Assembly: GCA_001189095.1 (NCBI GenBank)
Contig: LFCK01000003.1
Span: forward strand, 1 to 53,018
Direction: 5' to 3'
DNA length: 53,018 bases
Origin: Parcubacteria bacterium C7867-001
GTDB lineage: Bacteria > Patescibacteriota > Minisyncoccia > Phycocordibacterales > Phycocordibacteraceae
Below, in pieces: positions 36,133 to 44,945 of this stretch. Below the pieces are notes generated by a model. It searched no databases. It saw only the letters and a list, made by a program, of their open reading frames with translations, and had not been told where the DNA came from. A program made the translations under genes and the position numbers. Numbering within the stretch: the stretch's first letter is position 1; each line of letters begins with the position of its first letter.

Positions 36133-37218
36133 CTAGACGTTAGAAGGGCTGGCGAGCAACTCGCGAGCAAGGTACGGGGAAAACGCATCGTAACGCAAGT
36201 ACCGCTCATACGCTTCGCGAGCACGCTGCTGCATCTGGATGAACTCTTGGGGATCAAGTTGGTCGTGAAATGCAGCAAGTATCTCTGGCGCACGAGCAAC
36301 GTCAGTATGATCGATAAAAACGCAGAACGAACGGTAATTGATTATGTCAGCAAGCGGCAATACGCATTCAGTATCGATGAAAACGGGGATACGACCAACG
36401 GAAAGAATTTCATAAAAACGGGTCGCGATATTCGCGTCTCCCCGCACAACAAGGGCATAATCGTTTGCCACCAAATTATCGACGTATTCCGCACGAATTT
36501 TTTCTAAGTTACCCGAGGCAGTCTCACTGTGACCCGAATACGACGAACGAATAATGAAATTGGTCGTAACTACGCTCGACCGCATAAACGCCCGCACTGC
36601 GCGCTCGCGCCAAAAGACTCCCTTTTCCTTTGCGCGATAACGATTATCAAAAAGACCAAGGAATCGAATAGGAAGCTCTTTAATGAGCGAGCGTAGGCGC
36701 TGCTTCAACGAGAGTTCAGCCCACCCGACAAAACCGATGGTCGGGATCTTGTGCTTCTCACGCAAAGCAAGCGTTCCCTTTTGATACACCTCAAGCAAAT
36801 CTTCGCAGGAGACGGGCATGGTGATTTCGTACGGTCGTGGCTCGAAACGATATTGATTGATTCTCATGACCCGCGCGTTCGGAACTTGAACCACGCCCGA
36901 CTGATCACTTGCTGCGTCTATCAAAAGAGGCTTTTTATGCGCCTGCGCGTCTTGAACCATTGCGCGAAGCAGATCGGGACGCTTCTTCTTGAGGCGCCAG
37001 TAGTCGTGCGGGATAAGAACGTAATCGGCAGCATCGATAGCATCAACAAGCTCAAAGTATTTCTTGTCGAACCCATGCATGACGAGAGCATTCATCACGT
37101 AGGGCATAGCCTTCTGTTTATCAGGAGGCCCCCAAAATGGATACAGGAGCGAGCTATAGCTCATGCCGGGAGCCATAAGCTCTTTCTGAACAAATAAACG
37201 CACCTTTTGGTCCATAGT
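36133..37218 (-). CDS. Exostosin-like (GT47-type) glycosyltransferase homologue
   Basis: VVRGDANIATRFYEILSVGRIPVFIDTECVLPLADIINYRSFCVFIDHTDV resembles the exostosin C-terminal signature. Start set at MDQKVR. Confidence 0.55.
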   Translation of the reverse strand, partial: TMDQKVRLFVQKELMAPGMSYSSLLYPFWGPPDKQKAMPYVMNALVMHGFDKKYFELVDAIDAADYVLIPHDYWRLKKKRPDLLRAMVQDAQAHKKPLLIDAASDQSGVVQVPNARVMRINQYRFEPRPYEITMPVSCEDLLEVYQKGTLALREKHKIPTIGFVGWAELSLKQRLRSLIKELPIRFLGLFDNRYRAKEKGVFWRERAVRAFMRSSVVTTNFIIRSSYSGHSETASGNLEKIRAEYVDNLVANDYALVVRGDANIATRFYEILSVGRIPVFIDTECVLPLADIINYRSFCVFIDHTDVARAPEILAAFHDQLDPQEFIQMQQRAREAYERYLRYDAFSPYLARELLASPSNV

Positions 37219-37277
37219 GTATCTAACTATACCAAGACAAAGAAAGTGCCCCTTCCTGAAAGAAAGGGGCACGTAGC

Positions 37278-38756
37278 TTAGTGAGAAACTCGAAGGATAC
37301 GGGACGGGAGAACCGTCTGACCCATCGAGTGCTCATAGGTAAGCGCAGCAGCACTCGGATTGAACGGAATCTTGAGCAACGCGCGCAAGTTCCGCTCGAG
37401 CGCATCACGCTCTCGGATGAGAGCTTCGGCCGACAAGAAATCGGTCGAGACGTGCGACACGTACCCGTCATTCGGGTCGCCCTTGTAGTAATCAGCGCTT
37501 TGCGTGTAGTCGATCTCCTCTTGGTAGAGACGATCGCCGTTATCAGCGGTATACACCCACTTTCCAGGCACGTCGCCCGGAAGCGCTTCATCGTAGTAGG
37601 GCGAGCCGGGATAGGGCGTGATGATGGTCACGTCGAAATCCGCCGGCTTCGTCTCCTCGATCCATGCTCGAGTCTCTTCGACCGTCTCCCGAGATTCCCC
37701 GGGATGGCCAATCGACATGAGCGCCTTCACTTTGATGCCGTGTCGATGCGCGATCTCAAGACAACGAGTGTTGTCTTCGCGTGTCGCACGTTTCTTGATC
37801 GTATCGAGAATACGGGGAGACCCCGACTCGAATCCAACCAGGAGCCACCGGAACCCAGCGCGATACATAGCAGCTGCCTGCTCCTCCGTGAAAAGCTCTG
37901 CTTTCACGAAGCCGCGGAGACGCCACTCGGTACCGAGATCGCGTTGTGCGCCATCAATACGCTGCATTAGATCAACCAACTCCTTGTTTACGTTGAGTTC
38001 GTCATCGTAAAACATGAAGCCGGTGTAACCGTAGGTCGTGTAGAGATGAACCATCTCCTCCACAATGTTCTCGCTTGACCGCGTGCGGATATGCCGCAGC
38101 ATCGGTGAGAGTCGGCCCGCACAGAACCCGCAGTTAAACGGGCACCCGAGCTGCGCAATGATCGACGTAGCGTTCATGCCATCGATCGTGTAGTGATAGC
38201 TCCCGACATCAATGAGATGCCGAGCTGGAAACGGAAGGGCGTCGAGCGTACCGCGCTTGAGAAAGAGCGGTGAGTGTCGTCCATCCGCATCGATGATACG
38301 AGGCGCGTCGGGAGCAAGTGCCGCAAAAACAGCCTCTTCCCCATCGCCCGCAACAATCACATCGAAGTAGTGTTCAAGGCCGGAAAGCGCGCGCTTCGCG
38401 CGCGCTAACTGACCGAGCTCTTCTTCGCGGCGCCACGCCGCATGAACCAGCGTCGCATGCGGACCGCCAAGAATAAGGCGCGCCGAAGGAGTTACCCGAC
38501 GAAGCGTCTCGGCAATCCGTGCAGCCGCAGGCATCTGAGGCGTCGTTGCGGTTATGCCGTAGAACGGTGCCTCACTTGCCGCTGCGTGATCCGCAACCGC
38601 ATCGAGGTAGTTTGCAACTCCGGAAAGGTCGAGCATTTCTACCCGCCATCCCGAACGCTCAAGCACCGCCGCCACCTTCAAGATCCCGAGCGAGATGAAT
38701 ACTCGCTCATCGAGAAGGAAGGGCGACGGAGGAATTATCAGGCAGATAGTCTGCAT
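37278..38756 (-). CDS. B12-binding-domain radical SAM enzyme (class B rSAM)
   Basis: N-terminal Rossmann-like B12-binding region (ICLIIPPSPF...LGILKVAAVL). CxxxCxxC motif GCPFNCGFCAG. SD TAGGAGA lies upstream. Confidence 0.8.
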   Translation of the reverse strand: MQTICLIIPPSPFLLDERVFISLGILKVAAVLERSGWRVEMLDLSGVANYLDAVADHAAASEAPFYGITATTPQMPAAARIAETLRRVTPSARLILGGPHATLVHAAWRREEELGQLARAKRALSGLEHYFDVIVAGDGEEAVFAALAPDAPRIIDADGRHSPLFLKRGTLDALPFPARHLIDVGSYHYTIDGMNATSIIAQLGCPFNCGFCAGRLSPMLRHIRTRSSENIVEEMVHLYTTYGYTGFMFYDDELNVNKELVDLMQRIDGAQRDLGTEWRLRGFVKAELFTEEQAAAMYRAGFRWLLVGFESGSPRILDTIKKRATREDNTRCLEIAHRHGIKVKALMSIGHPGESRETVEETRAWIEETKPADFDVTIITPYPGSPYYDEALPGDVPGKWVYTADNGDRLYQEEIDYTQSADYYKGDPNDGYVSHVSTDFLSAEALIRERDALERNLRALLKIPFNPSAAALTYEHSMGQTVLPSRILRVSH

Positions 38757-38874
38757 GAGGTTTCTCCTAGTGGTCTGTCCTATCCGAAACTGGAAAGAAC
38801 CCTGTCCCGCCTAAAGGTACCGGCTATTCCTTATATATGTCAATCTACACGATTATTTTTTACTCAAACACGAC

Positions 38875-39903
38875 TTACGCCTTTAACTCTTCATGAAGTA
38901 GATCCATGAGGAGGGTTAGTCCCTGCGTCGCCGCAAGGGTGCGCACATGCTCTTGATTGCGAGTACGATCGGTGCTCGTAGCGGAGAGGTGCGATGATAA
39001 TCGCTCGGCGAGCGTGTCGACCGTGCCATCAAAATAGAAGGAGTCGCCAGCAAGTAAGCGCCAGTCCTCGTTGTTCGCGAGCACGATGCAGCCCGACGCC
39101 GCAGCTTCAAATATAGTTTTATCGTACATTCCTGAGGGGGAGGTATTCACGAACATCTCGTGAGCAGCGTAGATACGCGGCGTGTCGATGTTTGGCACTC
39201 CAGCACAGAAATGTATTTGATCGGACGTGTACCGCTTTTTGAGAGCCTCATAGAACGACTCATCGCTACCTGCCGGAGAGCCGTAGAGTGAAGCGGAATA
39301 ATCGACACCCCACTCTGAAAGCTTTGCGAGCGCATCGAGTAGGAGCTGAGGGCGTTTCGAGGGCGCCATGCGCGCAAGAAAGAGAATCGAACGCGCCCCA
39401 CGAGCGGTCTGCGGTGAAGTGACGAATCGCGCGAGGTCGACACCGACCGGCATGAGTTTCGTCTTTGTATAGCGGGCGGTATAGGAATCCTTTGACGTGC
39501 AGAATACTTTTGTCGCAAACACTGCAGCGATGTCCGTAAGAAACGAACCGGCGTAGTGATTGCGCCAGAGATATACCGGCTTTTGAAGAAGTTTCCACAT
39601 TGGTCCCGCGACGAGAATGTATTCCTGATTCATATGCACAAATACTCGGTCGTACGTATGACGAAGCTTCCACGCAAGGAGCTTGAAGCGGACCGCGTAC
39701 GCCAGTCCTCCAAGAAGTGGTCTCCCCTTCTCTTTTCCAAGCGAATGCACCCGAACGTTTTCAGGAAGATGATGAACTCCTTCTGTGAGACAGATAACTT
39801 CTATCTGTTCGACGCGAACAGCGAGCTCGTTGAGCCATGTATGGAAAAACCCGAGCACAGGGTCCTTTTCGTCTACGGTTTGTGCTACAACAAGCAACCT
39901 CAT
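38875..39903 (-). CDS. GT4-family glycosyltransferase
   Basis: 342 aa, GT-B pattern, MRLLVVAQTVDEKDPVLGFF.... Confidence 0.7.
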   Translation of the reverse strand: MRLLVVAQTVDEKDPVLGFFHTWLNELAVRVEQIEVICLTEGVHHLPENVRVHSLGKEKGRPLLGGLAYAVRFKLLAWKLRHTYDRVFVHMNQEYILVAGPMWKLLQKPVYLWRNHYAGSFLTDIAAVFATKVFCTSKDSYTARYTKTKLMPVGVDLARFVTSPQTARGARSILFLARMAPSKRPQLLLDALAKLSEWGVDYSASLYGSPAGSDESFYEALKKRYTSDQIHFCAGVPNIDTPRIYAAHEMFVNTSPSGMYDKTIFEAAASGCIVLANNEDWRLLAGDSFYFDGTVDTLAERLSSHLSATSTDRTRNQEHVRTLAATQGLTLLMDLLHEELKA

Positions 39904-41030
39904 ACCGTTATGGCTCTTCGGAGATCTTTGGCAATAAGTTCCGGTTGGTTTTCGTACTTCAAAAGATGCTCTTTCACCGCCATTTCCGCAGCACGCACGT
40001 AGAGCTCGCGCGCCTGATGATCGGACAGTAATGCAACGATACCAGCAGCGATATTGACCGGATCGGCGACCGGTACGGAGAAGATTTCTTGATACCCACG
40101 TAGCACCTCGCCGACAATTCCGACATCGGTCGAGATGATGGGAATGCGTGCGAGTGCAGCCTCGATAAGCGTACGGCCATACCCCTCATACGCACTGGCT
40201 TGAATGTACCCCCGCGCACTCTGCATGAGACCGACGGCGTCGCTACGCTCACCAAGAAACACAACTCGTTCCTGTACGCCGAGTTTCGCGGCGTATGCTT
40301 CGAGATTCTTTCGTTCCCTGCCATCACCTACGATGACGAGTCCTATCGCAGGATGCGCGAGCGCAACGCGCGCGATAGCATTAATGAGATCTTCGACCCG
40401 CTTCTCTGGCTCGAGTCGTCCGACGAAGATGAGCGGAAAGGTAAACGGGAGCTGCGGAAGCGCTACCCGCGGCGGGAGCGTATCTGGAACCGCAATAGGA
40501 ATCACAGTCGGTTCGACGATGCGGTCCCCGTATCGCTTCATGAGCGAATCCTTCACTCGACTCGAAACAACACGGATGCCGGATGCTTGGGGGAGCACGC
40601 GATCGGCAAGAGTGATACGCATACGATTCAGGAGTGGAACTGACGCTTTTGGCGAACGAGCGTTCCCTGAACGCAAGAACCACGGAGAAAGAAAATCAGT
40701 ATGAACTTGGACGTGAAGCTTCGCGTTCGTGCCGCGCACCGCTTTCAGAGCCGCGTCGCCGTACTCAAAAGGATCCTGTGCGGACACGACTTCGATACCC
40801 GCACGAGGGATGAGCCGCTTTGCTTCATTAGCGAGAGTCATTGGCGCAAAGAAACGATTTGCACGGACTACATGAACGGTGAGCGGTCCGTCGACAATGT
40901 CTTCGCGCTTGGTGCCGCGCACGAGCACATGAAGTGTGCCGATCGTGCCAGCATAGGAACGCATGCGCGTATACGCGCCACTTCCCTTCGTACCTATCGA
41001 GGTGTCGTTCGAAATGAAGAGCGCATTCAT
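39900..41030 (-). CDS. GT4-family glycosyltransferase
   Basis: Start set at MNALFISND (ATGA overlap with the upstream stop at 41027). The listed 457-aa ORF has a 5' extension inside the upstream gene. C-terminal EGYGRTLIEAALARIPIISTDVG. Confidence 0.72.
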   Translation of the reverse strand: MNALFISNDTSIGTKGSGAYTRMRSYAGTIGTLHVLVRGTKREDIVDGPLTVHVVRANRFFAPMTLANEAKRLIPRAGIEVVSAQDPFEYGDAALKAVRGTNAKLHVQVHTDFLSPWFLRSGNARSPKASVPLLNRMRITLADRVLPQASGIRVVSSRVKDSLMKRYGDRIVEPTVIPIAVPDTLPPRVALPQLPFTFPLIFVGRLEPEKRVEDLINAIARVALAHPAIGLVIVGDGRERKNLEAYAAKLGVQERVVFLGERSDAVGLMQSARGYIQASAYEGYGRTLIEAALARIPIISTDVGIVGEVLRGYQEIFSVPVADPVNIAAGIVALLSDHQARELYVRAAEMAVKEHLLKYENQPELIAKDLRRAITV

Positions 41031-42094
41031 ACGAGTGATTGAAGCAGTGTAACCGTTTCTTGCACGAGGCGCTCCTTCGAAAACGAGGCTGCCTTTTCGC
41101 GTGCTGCACGGGTCATCCGCCCGCGGAGTCCGGCATCCGACCGAATCTTCGTAATCGCAGCCCCCATCGCGTCCGTATCGTCGGGCGTTACCATAAGCCC
41201 CGTCTCGCCGTCCGTAACTATTTCGGGATTGCCGCCAACCGGCGTCGTGATAATAGGTGTACCGAGCGCGCACGCCTCAAGCAGAAGGTGGGAAAGGCCT
41301 TCGTATTTCGTATTAAGGATAAGAGCGTCGGCGTGCTTGAGGTAGGCAAGTGTCTCGCTATGAGGAAGCGCACCAAGAAAACGAATCTTGTCTGAGGAGC
41401 GCCGCGCAAGCTCTTCCTTTTCGGGCCCGTCACCAATAACGACGAGTGAAAGGTTCGGAATACGAGAGACTGCGTCGATAACTCCCGCGACGCCTTTCCA
41501 CGGGACAAGGCGCCCGACGGTTACCACATACGATCCGTGATCCGGAACCGTTCCCGTCGCCACGCTCACGCTGGGCGCGGCATTGTAAACGACGCGTACG
41601 CGCTTCTCCTGAATGCCCCACGCGATAACGATACGTTTCAAGTATTCGCTTGGAACGATAACGACGCGTGCGCGCCGCGCTACGAATCGCTCAAGACCAC
41701 GAAGGAACTTCACTTGCATCGGATATTCGGTGCGGGTAACGAATTCATCGAGGAGGTCGGTTACGCCATAGCGCTGTACACCCTGCTCCCACGCATAGTC
41801 CCCCACCATCTTGAGCACGAACGGCTTACCCGCGAGCTTTGCAGCGCAAAGCGCCGGAAGGCCGGTCGACACCGGATCGAGCGCATATACGAGATTTGCC
41901 CGTCGTGCCGCAGCATACACTCGCAGAGAATAAGCGACGTGCCGAACGAGCTTCGGGAGATGACGGACATCGCTAAACTTAACTGTCGCAACTGAAATCC
42001 CTGAAGGCGGTAGTACTTCTTCAAGAAGCGCCGCATAGGTTGCGGGCCCGCCTGATTCAGGCGGATAGAGCGGCGTCGCAAGCACTACCTTCAT
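41027..42094 (-). CDS. GT4-family glycosyltransferase
   Basis: 355 aa, MKVVLATPLYPPESGGPA..., EGLSHLLLEACALGTPIITTPVGGNPE. Confidence 0.8.
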   Translation of the reverse strand: MKVVLATPLYPPESGGPATYAALLEEVLPPSGISVATVKFSDVRHLPKLVRHVAYSLRVYAAARRANLVYALDPVSTGLPALCAAKLAGKPFVLKMVGDYAWEQGVQRYGVTDLLDEFVTRTEYPMQVKFLRGLERFVARRARVVIVPSEYLKRIVIAWGIQEKRVRVVYNAAPSVSVATGTVPDHGSYVVTVGRLVPWKGVAGVIDAVSRIPNLSLVVIGDGPEKEELARRSSDKIRFLGALPHSETLAYLKHADALILNTKYEGLSHLLLEACALGTPIITTPVGGNPEIVTDGETGLMVTPDDTDAMGAAITKIRSDAGLRGRMTRAAREKAASFSKERLVQETVTLLQSLV

Positions 42095-42103
42095 AGCTCT
42101 ATT

Positions 42104-43315
42104 CTAGCGGTTGACGAGCAATCGGTCGAAAAGCGCCCGCATGTTCCGCGCGATAAGATCCCAGTCATATTTGAGGAATGCGAGCTTCTTTGCGGTCTCA
42201 CACACCTTCGTAACCTTCTCGGGGTGCAAAAGGATGTCATTCACAGCATTCGCTATCTGTTCAGGCGAATCCTTATCGACGGCCCAGCCAGTGGTCTCCT
42301 GTTCGGGATTCCGTACTTCGTCGAAAAGAAAATCTGCGATACCTCCTTCTTGCGTTGCAATAACCGGAAGCTCAGCAGCCATGGCCTCAACAAATGAATT
42401 ACCCATGCCTTCAGAACGCGAAGGGCGAATGAAGATGTTGCAGGATTTAAGTGCTTTCGGCATTTCGGCATGCCCAATCTGTCCCATGAAATGCACGCGA
42501 GCCTCAACTCCTTCTTTCTTCGCGAGTTCACGAAGCATCGCCTCATCAGGCCCAATGCCATACACGATGAAGTGAATGTTCGCCGGAAGAAGCGCGAGCG
42601 CCTTAATAACGTCATCGGTCGCATTCTTATGCACAAGTCTCGACGTGGTGACGAGAAGAACATCATCGTGAGCAACGCCAAGCTTTTCTCGGATCGCAGT
42701 TCGCTCCTCCGAGGTTATGGTTCCTGCAAAATGCTTGGTGTTGACCGCGTTCGGAATGACTTCAGCGTAACCGGTAAAGCCCATGCGCTTCCCCCACGCA
42801 TCAAGAAAAATCGAGATTGATTGCAAATAATCAGCGCGCGTGAAGCCAGCACGAAAAGGTCCCCGCACGTAGCGCATCATGCCTTCGATTTTCCGGGGAG
42901 AATCACCCTCTTGAAGCGTCAGGAGATATGGAATGTGAGGATACCAACCCTTGAAGATACCTGCCGGAATACCGCACGAATGGGCCATCATCGCCCAGAT
43001 TCCATCAAATCGATACTTTGCATGCAGTCTCCGTGCCGTATATGCGGCAGCTATTTGGTATAGAAATTTATTGAGATGCAGCGGGAAGGTACCGAGGTCG
43101 GTAATGCTGGGATTCTTCGTTGCAAAGCCGATACGATGCACCCTCACATTTCCGATTCGCTCCTCAGCCGGTAGCTGTGTATCAAAACGAAGTGTCACGA
43201 GATGGAACTCAATTTCTTCGGAAGCAATTCGATCGGTAATCTCCTTTATGGCAACCTCGGCCCCACCAATAAACCGCGGGTAATAATTTAACGAAAAGAT
43301 AAGGATGCGCTTCAT
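42104..43315 (-). CDS. GT4-family glycosyltransferase
   Basis: 403 aa, MKRILIFSLNYYPRFIGGAE..., EGMGNSFVEAMAAELPVIATQEGG. Confidence 0.8.
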   Translation of the reverse strand: MKRILIFSLNYYPRFIGGAEVAIKEITDRIASEEIEFHLVTLRFDTQLPAEERIGNVRVHRIGFATKNPSITDLGTFPLHLNKFLYQIAAAYTARRLHAKYRFDGIWAMMAHSCGIPAGIFKGWYPHIPYLLTLQEGDSPRKIEGMMRYVRGPFRAGFTRADYLQSISIFLDAWGKRMGFTGYAEVIPNAVNTKHFAGTITSEERTAIREKLGVAHDDVLLVTTSRLVHKNATDDVIKALALLPANIHFIVYGIGPDEAMLRELAKKEGVEARVHFMGQIGHAEMPKALKSCNIFIRPSRSEGMGNSFVEAMAAELPVIATQEGGIADFLFDEVRNPEQETTGWAVDKDSPEQIANAVNDILLHPEKVTKVCETAKKLAFLKYDWDLIARNMRALFDRLLVNR

Positions 43316-44769
43316 GATGCTCGTCGTTGCTTCGCGAGCACCGTCGAATACGCGAATCGAATTTGATTTGCGAACGCGTCACCCGCACCAAGTGAACGAC
43401 GCGCCTTCATGCGTTCGCGTAGCGAGACCAGCTTCGTTCCCTGCTCTGGTAACGAGGCATATACCTGATCGGTCCTTGAAATAATGAGACGTAGGAAAAG
43501 TCGTTCGTACCAGGAAAGCGTCTGGTCGGCGAGCGTGACCAGAAGCGGCACCAATTTCCCGTGACGAACTGCAAGCGCTGGGAGCGTTCCGTAACTCGCC
43601 ATAAGCGACCACGCGAAGAGATAGCGATGCTTGGCCGCAAGTTCGAAGGCCTTTTCACGCCCGAGGATGGGGAGGAGGTATTTATCGAATGGCGTTCCGA
43701 ATCCAATGCGATGTACCGTTGCATTCGGGATCGCACATGGTGTATCGAGCGCCTCTTTCGTGTGAGCGGCAGTCACAATATCGAAATGAATGTCCGGCAA
43801 CTGCGCCATAAGCGAACAGAGTGCACGTTCAGCGGGCCCTTCGATAGGATGGAATGTTGTTGTGAAAACAAGAACCCGTTTTTCAGAAACCGGTCGCTCG
43901 AGATTTGGAAGCGCTTCTTTAAACGCGTCCACGTATTCGGCGAGCTGCCGCTTCGGCATCCAACCAAGTTCTCGGGCGCGTTTCGTATCAATTATGGACG
44001 CCATGCGGTTGCCCGCACGCTCGGGGAGCATCACGATTTCGCCGCCGAACAGTTCCGCCACCTCCTGAATGGTGAAGGAACGCTCGTTTCCAAGCCCAAA
44101 TTCATCTCCCTCTCCTTTTTCACCAACAAGAACAAGTCCGTCGACGATATCATCGACATGCGTAAAGTTGCGCTGCTGCGTACCCGGAGCAACGACACCG
44201 AGCGGGCGACCGGCGAGCATATTCTGCCGATAAATCTCGATGAGCGTACCCATTGCACCAGCTCGTTCGCGTGGGCCATACACATTATAGAAATAGGTAA
44301 TCGCATAGCGTATGCCGTACCACACGGCATAATTCTTCACCAATTCGGTATTTGCGGCTTTTGTCCATGCATACGGACTCTGATCGCGTCCTGACCCTCC
44401 ATCAGCAAATTTCGTGGACGAGCCAGCGTACACAAGCTTCGCGCCACGACGTCGAACAAATTCAAGGACCGCAAAGGTGCCTGTTTTATTGAGATCCCAG
44501 ACCAATTCGATGTCCTCGAAACTTTTCTCGACGCGGGAGTACTCGCCGAGATGGTAAACGATATCAGGAGACTCGGGCACAAGTTGCTCAATGTCCTTCG
44601 TGTGCCCCTCGCGGTATTCAACGCCAGTAATATGGTTCTCGCGGGTTCCCGCAAAATAGTTATCGACGGAGATGACTCGGTGCCCCTCGCGAGCAAGACG
44701 CTCGCACAAGTTAGAGCCAACAAGTCCGGCGCCGCCGGTAACGAGAATAGTTTTTTGGGTCACGGTCAT
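43312..44769 (-). CDS. UDP-glucuronate decarboxylase-like SDR (UXS type) fused to a ~175-aa C-terminal domain resembling the N-terminal half of a GT-B glycosyltransferase
   Basis: KTILVTGGAGLVGSNLCERLAREGHRVISVDNYFAGTRENH, YAWTKAANE. After about aa 310 comes a new Rossmann-like unit, KRVLVFTTTFHPIEGPAERA.... Start set at MTVTQK. Confidence 0.65.
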   Translation of the reverse strand: MTVTQKTILVTGGAGLVGSNLCERLAREGHRVISVDNYFAGTRENHITGVEYREGHTKDIEQLVPESPDIVYHLGEYSRVEKSFEDIELVWDLNKTGTFAVLEFVRRRGAKLVYAGSSTKFADGGSGRDQSPYAWTKAANTELVKNYAVWYGIRYAITYFYNVYGPRERAGAMGTLIEIYRQNMLAGRPLGVVAPGTQQRNFTHVDDIVDGLVLVGEKGEGDEFGLGNERSFTIQEVAELFGGEIVMLPERAGNRMASIIDTKRARELGWMPKRQLAEYVDAFKEALPNLERPVSEKRVLVFTTTFHPIEGPAERALCSLMAQLPDIHFDIVTAAHTKEALDTPCAIPNATVHRIGFGTPFDKYLLPILGREKAFELAAKHRYLFAWSLMASYGTLPALAVRHGKLVPLLVTLADQTLSWYERLFLRLIISRTDQVYASLPEQGTKLVSLRERMKARRSLGAGDAFANQIRFAYSTVLAKQRRAS

Positions 44770-44814
44770 AGTGAGAATACGCGTCGCCTGCTGAAAGACA
44801 AGGAATAGTATAGC

Positions 44815-44853
44815 GCCCACCCGCGACCTTGGGTTTCAAGGCCGCGGGTGGGC
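44815..44853 (-). terminator. Long hairpin (17-bp stem, one mismatch) after the VirD4-like gene
   Basis: GCCCACCCGCGACCTTG-GGTTT-CAAGGCCGCGGGTGGGC. Only a weak T-tract follows on the minus strand. Confidence 0.5.
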
Positions 44854-44945
44854 TCTTATGCGTTTATCATGAGCCACAAAGGTTACCTGTCTAACGGTGC
44901 GTCCGCTATCAATAAGAACCTCTGTCCATCGAGGAAGGTTGCGCC

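Noticed and set aside
38757-38874. Cobalamin riboswitch upstream of the B12-radical-SAM gene
   Set aside because: The leader is only ~118 nt and lacks a recognisable B12 box. It is too short for the known riboswitch.
43561-44394. 277-aa plus-strand ORF
   Set aside because: Antisense shadow inside the UXS-fusion gene.
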